Assembly (NCBI GenBank): GCA_002633005.1
Contig: NMRA01000166.1
Location: 434,001 to 498,000 of the forward strand
From: Phoronis australis
Taxonomy: Eukaryota; Animalia; Phoronida
Reading direction: 5' to 3'
Length of the DNA stretch: 64,000 nucleotides
Part shown: piece by piece, positions 35,150-48,518 of the stretch
Position numbering within the stretch: the first letter of the stretch is position 1
How the letters are laid out: each line of letters starts with the position of its first letter
Translations under genes and position numbers: made by a program
The notes under the pieces: generated by a model
Database searches by the model: none
Told to the model about the DNA's origin: nothing
The model's input: only the letters and a program-made list of their open reading frames with translations

Positions 35150-36470
35150 CGCCAAGTATATCATGTACAAGACAGAACACTGCTAGGTGCCACGTTTCAA
35201 ACTGGATAATACATTATGACGCTTGAGAGCGTGATGGACGAATTTAATAAGTAGGCTATCTGGAGTTCTCATGAGAGAATCAAATTTAGATGTGGGAGAA
35301 TGACAAAAACGATCACTTAAGTACTTAACCCGAAGGTCTTGGTACAAACTAACACAAAGTGGTATTCGTCCTCTACACACCCAGAATTACATAATTCACA
35401 CAACCTGTTTTCATAGGGAATATTTGTGTGGCGACCTCTTTCCACTAGTAACGAATGATCTGAACATCGCAATCGAGTCAGAGACTGGATAAAAACACGT
35501 GGGATACCAACCATTTCTAGATAATTCTCAAAATGATGCTTTGTTTTGCAGCCCCCACAGTAAGGCAGTTTTGCATTACATTCGATATCAGATTGCCAAC
35601 CTTGCAAATAACAGTCGTTGACACGTTGAGAAAAAAACAGTCAAGAAATACGCTTGATTTACCACACCCTGATTAATCCATACATCTGAAAAACCATACA
35701 CAGACAGAAGTTTCCTTACAAAATTTGCCCAATTATAGGAAGATCCACCGATCAGGTCTGACTGAAAAAGCATATCATATGCAGCTTTTACCCCACGATT
35801 ACTAGGCATCTCCAGTATTTTGAACCAGTATTTTAAACAAGAAACAAAATATTTTGTAGACAATGGGAATCGACCACATTCTCCCATAATTGCCGAGTTT
35901 GACAACAACTGCCTACTCCTAAAATGCGTTTACAAAACTTGATCTGTACATTTTCCAATTGTTCATATTCCTTAAAGCCCCATATCTGAGCGCCGAACAA
36001 GTGAAAGGCTATTGACGTGGGCAGATCACGACATCTTCGCTTTAATTTACAAATTGCAGAGGCAGCTTTACTTGCTTGACTAGATAAGGCTTTAATGGCT
36101 TTGGTCCACGAAACTTTTGGAGTAATAAGTACTCCAAATTATTTGTAATGAGGCACCACATCAACCAATGTTCCATTGTAAAACCATTTCTCATATCGTC
36201 TTAGGGGACCGCCATTTCTGAAAACGACCACTTTACGTTTTCCAAGTTTACTTGCATGCCCCGTGATTTGCAAAATTCTACCAAACAATTAAGCATACGT
36301 TGTAAGTTGATGGCGGTAGAGGAACATAACACCATATCGTCTGCGTACAGTAGGGAGTTAACTCTTGGCACTTGTTCGCTGATATATGTGCTATTTATAT
36401 TACTTTTCATACTCATTTGATTCAGAAATTCATTTAGATACAACACAAATAATAATGGGCGCTTTATTCA
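35150..36470 (-). mobile_element. 5'-truncated non-LTR retrotransposon (RTEX/L2/CR1-type ORF2: RT end plus C-terminal Zn motif), frameshifted
   Basis: LLYADDMVL RT motif (36201-36446); NSAIMGECGRFPL; RLRCSDHSLLVERGRH...RLCELCNSGCVEDEYHFVLVC. Confidence 0.9.
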
Positions 36471-36789
36471 AGTGTCACACCTCAGAGCGCTTTCATTTGA
36501 TTTTCGATTTTTCTTCCCAACTATATTTTTCAGCAAAAGTCATTGAACTAATTAAAGTCGCTGTATTTAACCATGATCTGGTGTTTGAATGGCTAAGCTT
36601 TTTTCACAGGCGTATTTGCTTTTCTAAAGCAATATCATTACTTGAATATCTAAGCATTGAAATTGGTTTCAATAAATTGCCATTGACGGTCACTCAACCG
36701 TCGCCACTAAATCTAACCGGTAATGAGCCTGGGCTAAAGCAATAACACAATGTCACTTTTTCTCAAGCGCGGAAATCATTTCAAATCAG

Positions 36790-37680
36790 TGTGAGGAATG
36801 GTGAATGCCCTAAATGTAAATATGTTTTTGTCAGAAGGCGTGGGTTTGATGTTTATCTAATAAAATGTCGACCTGAAAGATGCCTCCTGGTTTTAAAATG
36901 TGCTAAAATTGGTTCTTGTCGACAACCCAAGACAGACAGTAGAACAACACGTACAATGGAAGAGATTGACATAGTTCCTATTTTTGGATTGATATTTTTG
37001 TCATGTTTCCAATATTTACGATAACAAGTAAAAACTGTTTTGCAAGACACTTGTAAAATTTGGAAATATGAGCTTTGGATAACAAACGTCTCTTGTTTTT
37101 AATGACCAAGGAAGTGTTTATTAGACAGCTGTGTATCAACAAACGCAAGTGTAGTTTCTGCAGTAGTTTCTCATAAGGGATCTTTGTGAGGAAGTAGTAT
37201 TCACATGGTCTTTGGATGAAATATGATTGGTAATCGCTCTCAAAAAATAGTCACGCAGTGCACCACTTATTAATTTTGTTGCCCAACTGGGTCCTTGAAG
37301 TATGAAAAACCGGAATATACTGGTGTTGTTCAGGGTGTCATCTCCGAACTCAGGCTGACAGGCTCGAAACTTTATTGTGCGGTATGACTAAGTTGTAAAT
37401 TTGACAGTTTACTAGAATGGTGTCATGAAATTGTTCAAACGTCTTGCCGATTTTTCAGTACAGAGTTAGATCCCGGGAACTAAAAGTGTATTTCTACTAC
37501 TGACAACATCCTTGTTTCGAGTATTTTTGATTCCACTCAACATTTAGAGCGCGTTAGACATAAATCCAGGGGCAATGGCAAATTCGCATCATGGTCATAG
37601 ACAGGTCAGCAATATCGAGGAAAGCCTCCCAGTTTTTTTGACTAAAATAACCAAAAAAGATTCAGGGTGTTGACATGCGC
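36790..37680 (-). mobile_element. Possible piggyBac-like transposase remnant
   Basis: Scattered motifs across frames: KIGKTFEQF, QYIP...GNK...LRD, RHLSGRHF; many stops and no TIR found. Confidence 0.4.
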
Positions 37681-37924
37681 ATCGCATACAGTGCAAGTAC
37701 AATTGGTGTTATTTAATGTATATTACAAAAAATACAATCCATAATAATAAGAGTTAAGCCCAGAACGCGTATTATATATTGCATATGTATCAGTCAATAA
37801 ACATGATTGTACATATTTACTCATACATTTAAATATGTAATATACAAATGCAACAAGAAATTCAGTGATATATGCAAGATTACCATTGCAATGGAATAGG
37901 TTTTTCATTGCTTTTCGATATGAT

Positions 37925-39600
37925 TGTTCAAAGGTAAAATCATTTACTAAAAAGCAATGTGATGAGTCTGGTCAGTCGGACGTTTCCGCGCTCTCTCTAA
38001 GGGCCATGTTCACTGACTTGATTTCCCGGGTCAGGTTGACCTGGTTTTAGAATTAGATCGTTCACTGCCGGGAGCTGTAAACCTTGATCTTTGTTCCAAT
38101 TGGGGCGTCTGGTTTTAATGTAAACGGCCTCCTTAACTTTTTTGAGTACCAGTGTTCCTCTCTGGCAACGATTCTAGCGTTGCACTTCTCAAGTTTGCAC
38201 TGTTCCTTAATCCCTGAGCCCAGAGTGCGTTTATTTTCCCCTATGTACTGATGGGTGGTGTCCTCCTTGCATGACAATTGGTACACAACGCAAAACTTGT
38301 CAGTAGGGGTAGGGACCTTTGGATGAACCAACTTTTCCCGAATGGTGTTTATCTGTTTGAAGAATGTTTTAACCCCATGTGATCTGAAAGTGCGTGGCAG
38401 AAAAGTTCTTGTTGTAGGGAATGGATACGGATGATTGCCTGAGCTCATCCCTGTCTGTGTCGTGGTCGGGATTACGTCGATGTTGTGGAGGGGTAAGTGC
38501 CCAGCTTTCATAATCATTGGAAGTCAGAGAACTACAGATGTGAGAAATCTCACCCCAGCGGTTTTGGTCAAGTATAAAATAGTTCTCTGCTTTGTACCAG
38601 TAAGCGTATGTGTTGTACAGGGTGATTTGAGAGAAAGTTCATGCAGGTATTGATCAGTATATGAATGGGCTTGCTGTACACAGTAATATTGGTGGAACCG
38701 TCATTGTTGACGGGTTTGCATAATTCGAGGAATGGCAGTTTGCTGTTGGTCTCAGGTTCCATGATGAAGTGTATGTGACGATCGATGCTGTTGATGTGTG
38801 CGAAGAAGCTGTCTAGGTGGTACTCATGTATGACTACGAACGTATATACGTATCTCAGTCAGGTACACTGGGAGGGTAAGGGGCATGACTCTCTAAAGCT
38901 TGTCTTTGAAAGACCTCCATGTACATGTCAGCAACAACTGATGAAACTGAAGACCCCTAGCCGCTCCGTGGCACTGTTGGTAGAACTGGTTGTTACACTG
39001 AACGTAAGCATTAGTGAGACAAAAACTGAGCAACTTAATTGGCATATTTGATCATCAGAAAGTTCGGTACATTGGGATAACAGAGTGTCACTATTCAATC
39101 AAACGATTTCGTATGACGGTAAGTACATATTCTTCAAAACGCTCAAGCCTTCGGGAAACGTTGGTTCATCCAAAGGTCCCTACCCCTGCTGACAAGAGGT
39201 CTTGCGATGTGTACCAGTTGTCATGCAAGGAGAACCCCACTCATCAGTACATAGGGGAAACTAAATGCACTCTGGACAAAAGTGTCAAGGAACATTCCAC
39301 ACTTGACAGACCCATGGGCGTAGAGGAACACATCCTCAGCACTGGGCACACCATCGACGAGTGTATTGCCAGAATCCTTGCCAGGGAGAATAACTGGTAC
39401 TCAAGAAATGTTAAGGAGGCCGTGTACGTTAAAACCCGACGCCTCAGATAGAACGGGCTTACAGCCCGGGCAGTGTACGACCTAATTCTAAAATCAGGTC
39501 AACCTGACGCGGGAAATCCAGTCAGTGAACAAGGCCCTTAAAGAGACTTAGCACACTCGCAATGCTTTTTAGTAAGTGATTTTACCTTTGGACAAGATTA
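37925..39600. mobile_element. Penelope-like element: RT plus GIY-YIG copy on minus (37925-~39000) and inverted GIY-YIG/3' copy on plus (~39150-39600)
   Basis: GSSVSSVVADMYMEVF and HINSID...LPFLE...TVYSKP (PLE RT); VYQLSCK...YIGE.K..L...KEH (GIY-YIG) in both arms; the arms are diverged inverted repeats of ~430 bp. Confidence 0.88.
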
Positions 39601-39699
39601 CCATTATGAACATAAAAATGGACAAATACAATTTTAAAATAGATGATAGATATTGCTGTAATGGTCAAGAGTGGTTACGTGATATAGAGATATGGTGTA

Positions 39700-40110
39700 C
39701 AAATGAGGTATTTTATCAATTACGAACTAAGCTGTCTCAGTTTAAGCAACAAATGATTCTAAGAAAGAGAAATTAAGCAACGTAACCATATTCTTAGTGG
39801 AATCAATTTTTCTATACCCATTAAGCGAGAACTTAAGTTTTTCAAAAACATAAGAGAATTGAGTGTAAGCGTTGTTAATATCGGGGTATTGTTCGAGTGT
39901 CTGGAAAAGCTCTGTTCTCTGGACTTCGTTTACTGTTCCTTCAAACAAGATATGACCAAATGACTGGAAGTTTCCACAGCAACAAAATTTTGTAGTGTTC
40001 CTAAATGTGAATGAAGTTAGCTCCGCCTACTATTTTGTTTATGAATGGCCGAGTGCGCTCAGGTCGCTGAGACCAAGCCCGAGTTATACAGCATGTTCAG
40101 GCACTCTTGC
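39700..40110 (-). mobile_element. LINE (CR1/L2-like) ORF2 3' end fragment
   Basis: LGLGLSDL...VETSSH...QRTELFQTLEQYP; related to 20190-20580. Confidence 0.55.
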
Positions 40111-40230
40111 AAATATTGCCACACTGGTCAGATGTGTTCTAGTCACTGCGCGAGTCTCAAGACATCATTAAGGTAACATTTTCTGTCATTTGCCGTTTTG
40201 ATTGCAATTTATCTTTAAATGCGTTCTATT

Positions 40231-41670
40231 GAAGAATTCCGGCTTACCAAATAACTACAGTGTATCCATACGTTCCGTTGTCTGTGCATGTTCACGGTTC
40301 CTCTCTAGTATTTCTTGATCAGTGTATTCCGGTTCGAACTGATAGCCTGTGAAACTTAACAATCCGACCCGTGAAGTCTATGTCGGATGAGCTCTTGACT
40401 AAGTCGGGATTGGCGCCGGGCCGGAGTTGCCATGTATTATGCGTTCTGTTTCAAATTGAATTATTCTCAACCTAACCAATGCTTATATAAAACTGAAACA
40501 AAGTCTGTCTCATTAGATACAATTTGTAATGCCTTTGCAGTATTCGTGAGTGGAAATTTTTAGAAGCCAGCAATAATAAACTACTGCGTTACCGGCTTTT
40601 GATGCCGGCAATGAATAAAGGTAAGTGACCGGGCACCCAGGCTGTGTGAGCGCATGCTAATTCAGTGTTGGCTAACAGAAAGCTGTTGTGAAACAATTAC
40701 TCGATTTTATATGCTGGGGTCACATTATAGGGGAATCTTTATTTAGAAATACAAATTATTCAAATCATTGTTAATGTACAACCTTTGTCCTGACGGTCTG
40801 TGGAAGGGGAACCCGACCTCGCGGAAACCGACAAGTAAGTAGATTTTCAGTTTCGTGGCTAATTCACGTAAATAATTACGTGCACATTATTTCTTTGGCT
40901 CACTATTATCAGTGTTGTATTGGAAAGTAGGCGCACGTAGGCGCAGCCAACCACCTTTTGGCATTTGAACGTTGCGCCTACGCACCGTAAGTTACGTTAA
41001 GTGCTCAGGGTGATACGATGGGCTTTCGGCGCCTACTTACCTCTACTTTTACCACTACAGCACTGACTATTATAGTCTTTTCGTGACTGGAGGTTTAGTT
41101 TCCAACTCAAGCTGGATTGTGTTCGTGCCAGTCCCGGCGGCCGCGACGGGCCTTATCGGATTCCGAGCCACTGGCCAGGATAACAAGCGTTTTGTGTGTT
41201 TAGAACTCAAAAAATCACAAGTCTAAACAACACAGATCTAGGTTCTCTTGTCTGTATTTCACGGGAGAATACTTCAAATTTACCTCCGAAAAGACCCCAA
41301 ACCCCTGCTACGGACCTTGGTAAACTGGCCTGCCGAACTTTGTAGGCTACGGTGTGTCCAAATACCAAGAAATCCATAACAGCGAAATAAAACAACACGT
41401 TTTTATAAGAACTCGGTGTATTTTTAAGGGTTTTACATCGAAGTTTTGTGGTTTATTGGCGTTAAACGATGAATTCAAGCGATAAGCTGACACCAGTAAC
41501 CCATGTTGTGAACTGCTGAACTGACTGCGTGAGAAACCTATGACGTCATTGGATAATTTCAACACCTCTGTCTGCTGTCAGGTGTCAGGTAACGCAACCA
41601 AACGTATGGTTATCGAGTAGAACTACTCGATCTGAATTGATACAAAATAGTTTGTTTTTGGGTGGCACTT
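40231..41670 (-). mobile_element. Kolobok-like family C copy, one end truncated
   Basis: Reverse complement of 13458-14750; encodes FTGYQFEPEYTDQEILER remnant. Confidence 0.8.
40910..41065. mobile_element. hAT-type MITE (156 bp)
   Basis: TIR CAGTG(T/C)TGTA; 8-bp TSD ACTATTAT; empty site in the paralog at ~63648-63656. Confidence 0.88.
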
Positions 41671-42605
41671 TTGAATCTTTCTCTAGAAGGAGTGTGTTAT
41701 AATGAATGAACTGACATTGTTTTTTTTTTCATTTAAAGCTGCATTTCGCCCAGTTCAACAGACTAAAAAGACGAAACTCAAATTAAGCCTATCACTTTCA
41801 TAAAATCGTAACAGGATAGCATTATGTTACTAACACGACCATCGAAACCATTCGCGTCTCGACAAAACCCTTCAGATTTTATGGAGGTAGGTCAACTCTA
41901 AAATTGCGAATTGAAAATGATGACTGTACGCATTGCCTGTGACTTGAGTTGGAAACGGAAAAATTGAATAAATACCAGGAAGAATATTCTTGAATTGGTG
42001 AAAAATTCATCACGCCTACAACAGATTCTAAATACCCAGTTACGAGTTAGTGACAGTCTATTGGCTAGCCATTGCTGGAATATTGGAAAAGACGTCGCAC
42101 AGTTTGTTTGAGTAGACTTGTGTACGTCCGCGAGATTTATAAAGTGTTTTAACTCTAAGCGGTTTCAGGCTATCATCGCACCCAAAGCTATTGGCACCAG
42201 TCATGCAATTGCGAACTGCGCCTACCAGTAACCACTGTTAGCAACTTGATTGAGAACGGTTTTATGACTTGCTTAAAAGTTGAGAAGTAAAGCTTTAAAA
42301 GTACTGGAGCCACGCATCCAATTCCCTTGATCTAAAAATATACTTTGCGATACGTTATTATCTTTCTGCATCGTCGCCAAGGCACATGAGCGCGATGACG
42401 TTATTTCACACAAAGGGCTGCAGCGAATTCTCCCATTGAAATGCGAAGCATAGTTTGCAAAAACGGTAATATATTGTTTGGTTTGGAGTACATGTTTTAT
42501 TAATATCTTGTCAATAAGTTACTTCAGCTACATTTTGCAATAACATTTAAGTTGTGCCAATTATTAATTAAACTGGAGAGAATTACGCCACTTATACTGG
42601 CTCTT

Positions 42606-42690
42606 CCATCTACAGGCAAAAAGGTGTATCTGTACAACGGGAATACTCTGCCATCTACAGGCAAAAGGGGTATCTGTAGAACGGGAATAC
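42606..42690. repeat. Tandem duplication of ~45 bp
   Basis: ccatctacaggcaaaa.g..tatctgta.aacgggaatac occurs twice. Confidence 0.8.
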
Positions 42691-45600
42691 ATGATAATTT
42701 TTGTGAAGTGTGAAGGCTACAGACTGAATGGAAGAAAGCTATTGACGTAATTGGAGGCAATGTTCGCCTGCAATTCTCCATGCACAGGCTCACTTATCCG
42801 TCGCTCGACGTTATACTAAATAAAGTAAAAGCAGTTCAACTGTTATCCACTGGTCACCCAGCAGGCACTTCCGGAACAACTTAAGTGATAGTCCACGAGA
42901 GCACCAGCCATCTAGCGGCAAGGAGGGGGGTCAGCCGATTTTCACCAAATTTGACACCTAGGTAGTCCTATGGGATCTATAAATACTGGTAACGCATTTC
43001 CTCAAAATATTACCTTCTACCAAAGTTATGGGCTCAAACACATTTATCGGCGTCGCAGCCATGTTTTCACGCTGTAAAAACTGTCCGAATATAAGTGTTT
43101 ACATTTTTTTGAATGAAAGCTATTGAACTATTATTCACATGGCATTGTTTAGTGATGCCAGTAGATTGTTACGCAGATGTCATTAAAAAACATACCGATT
43201 TACCACCCTCATTTAGTAGTTTTACTACTCTACCCCCGTTCTGCCATTTTGGGGTTATGTTTAAAACACTTCTATACCAAATCTGCCTCCACTGGTATGA
43301 GAATAAAACTTGGCCAAAATGTGGACAAAACACGTGACTTTCATTGCATAAAATAAAAACTTTGTCAGCCAGTTTATTAGTTACACATTTTGGCACCTCA
43401 AATGTACTAAAATTAGAACTTTTCAAATATCTGAGATCATCGCGTCAGCACGTAAAATAAGATTGTCGTTAATAATGTTTTTTTGCAAAGAGTTTGTTCC
43501 TCCTGAATGTTTTGAATGTTTTATTACTTACCACTTAGGACTATAGTACACCTAGATACCATACATGGCTCTATTTTTGTAAAAATCAATTATGGCCTCC
43601 CCAGTGAACAGGGTTAGACATGAGGTCGACAAATGTAGGTTATTTTGATTTACAGTTGTTATGCCTTGTATTTTCCATATCAGTATTTTTTCACACATAT
43701 TCAAATCAGATTTTGTTTTGATTTAATGTTCATGCAATGCATTGCAACATCAAATGAACGACAAGTTTAGTGGCATGACCACAATTTTTTATACGACTTA
43801 AAACAAAAGGCCGCAGAAGTCTTTTGTTTTCCTGACGAAATACGGGGTTTGCAGTTCTCTGAAAACATTCGAACGACAAGACAAACTACACCACTGTCCA
43901 TGGCAACTCGTTGTTGTGTCATTGTTGGATTTAACAACACAGGTCACATGGATATAGAACCTTGGGCGTACATCAGACCGTTGCCGATAAATGCTTGTCA
44001 GTATCTTTATTATAACAACAGGAACAATCTATTGTTCTCTGTGCAACCAGAATTCCCGTGGATGACCACAGAAGAGGAATCCCAACGTATCCACAAACAC
44101 TTATCACGCACCTCAGTAACTCTTACCACGCACACGAATGCTTTACATGGAACCTTGACACCAAATTTTTATATCCATGTACTGTGTTGTATTGCTCATG
44201 GTTTGGGTTCAGATTCCGTTGTATTAAGATTCCAATCCCCAATCCTAAATATGCAGTTTGAGTAAAAGGTCTAGACAATGCAGGTTTATGGATTTATTCT
44301 CTTTTAAATGAAGAAATCAAATTCTTCACTGGTTTTTCAAAAGTAATCACTTACTGGAAGATCACACACCTGAAAAATAATACAATGTTTGACAATTTTA
44401 TTTCTTTTCTCATTTGAAAGCTATCTACCTCACAGAAAACTCATCTAAGTTGAAAATATTCCTTGTGAAAAATATAAAACCCCAACCAAAGACTAGTATG
44501 CTACAAAATATGTTTTCATAATAGAATACAAAGATAACTGTACTTTCAAAAGTACAAATGTTATGACTCTAACAAACAAATGCCTTCTAGACCTTTTCAA
44601 CACTCCAATTGATACAGGACAGAGTCAACCCCATAAAACCCATAAAGTCAGGGAATTACACTAAAGGTGATATAGTCTCGCTGCGAAAAAGGGATTTGGC
44701 AATGTCGCTGGCAAGACTGTAAATTTCTTTTTCTTCAAAAACTTGAGGTGGCTGTTTGTACGGAGATGTACCGCATCAATGTTCTTATCAACAAATAACC
44801 AACCCAAAATGAAAAACTGGCTTGTCGGTTCCAAGTAGACAGCATTTTTGCAATGAAATGGCCATGGAAGAAATACATTTGCATTACAGTTGCCGTGCTA
44901 TTACAGTTGTACATACATACTAGACCAGTTACGAAATTACTCATGGGAACCATAAAATGGTCAATTCACCAAAACCCAAGGAGTCACCACAGCTAATGTG
45001 CCAACACTTTTTTCGGTATTGCAACAAAAAATCATTTGAAGTGGATGGCTTGTCTAATAGTGTGTGATTTTATGCATACGGCATGGTCTCAAGGAATATC
45101 AAATTGTTAATTTGCTGCAATTCCAGAAATCACTTCCCATCTGGATAAGGAAAAAGTTGAGAAAAGTTTATAGAGGTAAATGGTCTAAATCAAAACTTTA
45201 CCTCCTGGATGGAATATGGGTTTACAACCCAGGCAGAAAGATACGTGAACAAAACGAACCAAACTGCAACAGGGGCTCAAATGTCAGCAATAAATACTCA
45301 TTTACAAACAAAAATTCATAATGGTAAATAAAATGCGGAAACATAAATTCAAATCAATTATATAATTTCAAGGAAAAGAAACAGTGCAGTGGTCAGAAAT
45401 CCCGAAACAAACGTCTAAATGTTATGGCCACACTGAGAAACCCTGTCAAACCAAAAAATCCAGTGGCTAAACAAAAAGAACAATGTACCATTACCATGTG
45501 GCTGTACCAAATTAATCCACTGGCCCAGGAGCATGATCGGTGGTTGGACAAAAATTCAATCCAAATAATTTTAGATTTGTGCTGTTCGCACAGCAGTTCT

Positions 45601-47075
45601 GGTACAAAAAATGCTTGCAACAACACACAAGCCAACTTCCCTACCAAACTGTGCTGACATAATAATGCCACCACTGGATTTAGCAGATCAGCCATAGTAT
45701 TTACAGGTCCAGTCACTGTACTGTTTTCTCTTTTTGAATTTTTACAATGCTACATCCTTGACGATCTTAAAGCGCGGATTGTCTTTTTCCAGTACACTCT
45801 CCACTTCATCTGTCAATCTCCTACATCCAACTGTTCCAGTTTCCCAAATTTGCTGAGAGTAGCCTATCTCAACAAATTACTTTGGGCCTGTTGTGGTACA
45901 AGCCAGTAATCTTTGGCAGATACTTTTCCGCCGACTCATTCCTCAAGTTACAAATTCTTTTTAACACATCTTCTGGGAGTAGACGTTTCGGCCTCTCTCT
46001 CTAGCCCCCTCACTTAGTTGTCCAGGTGGAATTTTTCAACAGTTAAGGGTATATTCTTGCTGGTTTCGAACTTTTCCATACCCAACCTTCAACTCCAACA
46101 AAAGCCACTTCAGCATAAGCCTTCCATGGTTTTTAAAATTGTATTAATGAAAAAATTAAACATACATTTAATGTGGCCATTTTGGCTCAGAAATTATGAA
46201 TACCAAGCAAAAGTGAAAGCATCACAAATAAGTCATTCAGATTTGATTACAAAAATTTACAAAATGAATTTCTATGTTCCTGACAGGACAAAGGTATAAA
46301 ACAGAAGTATGGCACACTGTATGTACAAAATAATTAGACCGATTTAAAATATCCGTGTGTAAGCGTTCATTGTGAAATGCATGAGTTGTGCGCTATATTT
46401 CTCTTTACAAGATTGAAACATAAAACAACTGACCGATTTTAGGCAATTACGAAATTTGTTACAGATTTTTACAAGTACTTACTGTAGTATCCATGGGCTC
46501 CAAATCAAACTCTCTTTCTTTTGACCCACTCTGAAATTTTGTTAAGTCAGCCTGTTTTGTCTTGCAGCTTCTGCATATCCCTGAAAATTCATAGTTATAT
46601 TCAATAACCTGTATTAGAGATATGTTCACTATCGTAGGCTATAAGGGATCAACTAAAATAAAAACAACAGAGCCTTAATAGAGGTGATTACTCTAGTGTG
46701 CTTGAGAAGCAGCCACTGTATACTATGTATTTGCTACGCAATTTCCAGCAAGACGTTCTAAAATCCCCAATGCAACTGTACAAGATGTCCCCACCCTAGT
46801 TCACTACCATCCTGTTTTTTATAACCTTAAATTTATGTAAAATTTTTAAACACATTTGGTGATTATTATGAAAAGTTACCTAATAGGTAGTATTTTCTAT
46901 GTCAATGGAACACAATTACAGTTTAGTAAACATACTGGCCATTAAGTGGCGCTCATCGTTATTGGAACCGAAGAGAAAGATTGGAGGACCACAACCGAAT
47001 GACAGCGCTGGACAAGTTCTGTGATATCGGGTACCTGATGCAGTCCTACGTGTGTAACAAAACTGAATAACTTAA

Positions 47076-48518
47076 AGTCCTTCTCTCACGCGTTGTTAAC
47101 CCTTATTACATGATTAGAAGATGTTATAAGGATCCAAGAAGTACCTACCTCATAACTAATACACGATCTGTACTCGAAAGCAGTTTAAATGAACGCGCCA
47201 CTCACGATTCGCACCCGAAGAAACACCGCCATTTTGAACTTGCCGCGAACCCGGAAGTACAATTCATTCAGGAACCCAGGCCGAGAAAACGCCGTCAGTG
47301 CGACTGGAGCAGTGCCTGTACTGTTANNNNNNNNNNNNNNNNNNNNNNNNNNNNNNNNNNNNNNNNNNNNNNNNNNNNNNNNNNNNNNNNNNNNNNNNNN
47401 NNNNNNNNNNNNNNNNNNNNNNNNNNNNNNNNNNNNNNNNNNNNNNNNNNNNNNNNNNNNNNNNNNNNNNNNNNNNNNNNNNNNNNNNNNNNNNNNNNNN
47501 NNNNNNNNNNNNNNNNNNNNNNNNNNNNNNNNNNNNNNNNNNNNNNNNNNNNNNNNNNNNNNNNNNNNNNNNNNNNNNNNNNNNNNNNNNNNNNNNNNNN
47601 NNNNNNNNNNNNNNNNNNNNNNNNNNNNNNNNNNNNNNNNNNNNNNNNNNNNNNNNNNNNNNNNNNNNNNNNNNNNNNNNNNNNNNNNNNNNNNNNNNNN
47701 NNNNNNNNNNNNNNNNNNNNNNNNNNNNNNNNNNNNNNNNNNNNNNNNNNNNNNNNNNNNNNNNNNNNNNNNNNNNNNNNNNNNNNNNNNNNNNNNNNNN
47801 NNNNNNNNNNNNNNNNNNNNNNNNNNNNNNNNNNNNNNNNNNNNNNNNNNNNNNNNNNNNNNNNNNNNNNNNNNNNNNNNNNNNNNNCCGACGCGATCCA
47901 AACAAAGTGACCCAAATTTCGCCACAAAACTTGCAATAACTTTACAGTGCTTGCCCCGATTTTGATACTTTTTCGATTTTTACTGAGTAGAATGTACTAC
48001 CTTTCCGATGATAGCAAAGTACTTTTTCAAAACGAGGAAAAAAATAAAACCGAAAAAAAATTGGTTCGACCCATATTGTTTCCTAGGTTCGACCCGCCTA
48101 CGTAAGGAACTAAACACCAATGCTATTTTAACATACTAAGTACGCGTAATATTCCAAAAAAATCAACGACCACTAACTACAAACTATAAATACACTACAT
48201 ATGCAAACGAATCACGATATATGACTAATAAAACAAAATAATGAAGACTGTTCGAGCAAGCCATAGCACATTCAGTTACAAAGAAAAAATGGCGGCGTTC
48301 AGGACAAGTTCCTGAACTGATGAGCCGGAAATGTGGGTACGGAAATAATCGATGACAACCGGTAATCATACTCTCAGAGAGAAGGGTCAAATATTGTTAA
48401 AAAATCGCTTTTGGCAAGAAAGGCGAAAAGAATATAAAGAAAGGGTGTCGAAAATAAGAATTTATGTAGTAAGTATTTTCGGATACTGGAACCACATGGG
48501 CAGTTTGCAAGAAGGACT
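47076..48518. mobile_element. Kolobok-like family B copy spanning N gap
   Basis: TTAA TSDs (47072-47075, 48519-48522); both flanks colinear with 11271-13353. Confidence 0.85.
47327..47887. other. Assembly gap (561 N)
   Basis: N run inside a repeated element. Confidence 0.99.

Noticed and set aside
42794-42815. 22-bp microexon plus the 46483-46580 exon as upstream ROS1 coding exons
   Set aside because: Phases happen to fit, but 27998-28096 already has its own ATG and signal peptide, and the 46.5-kb exon joins better to the Cys/His-rich relic at 48.8-49.2 kb.
44700-45700. piggyBac transposase on the plus strand
   Set aside because: Only a WYKK-like word matches; no DDD motifs or TTAA/CCC termini found.
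47110-47965. Six long ORFs of 193-266 aa
   Set aside because: All span the N gap inside a non-autonomous repeat.
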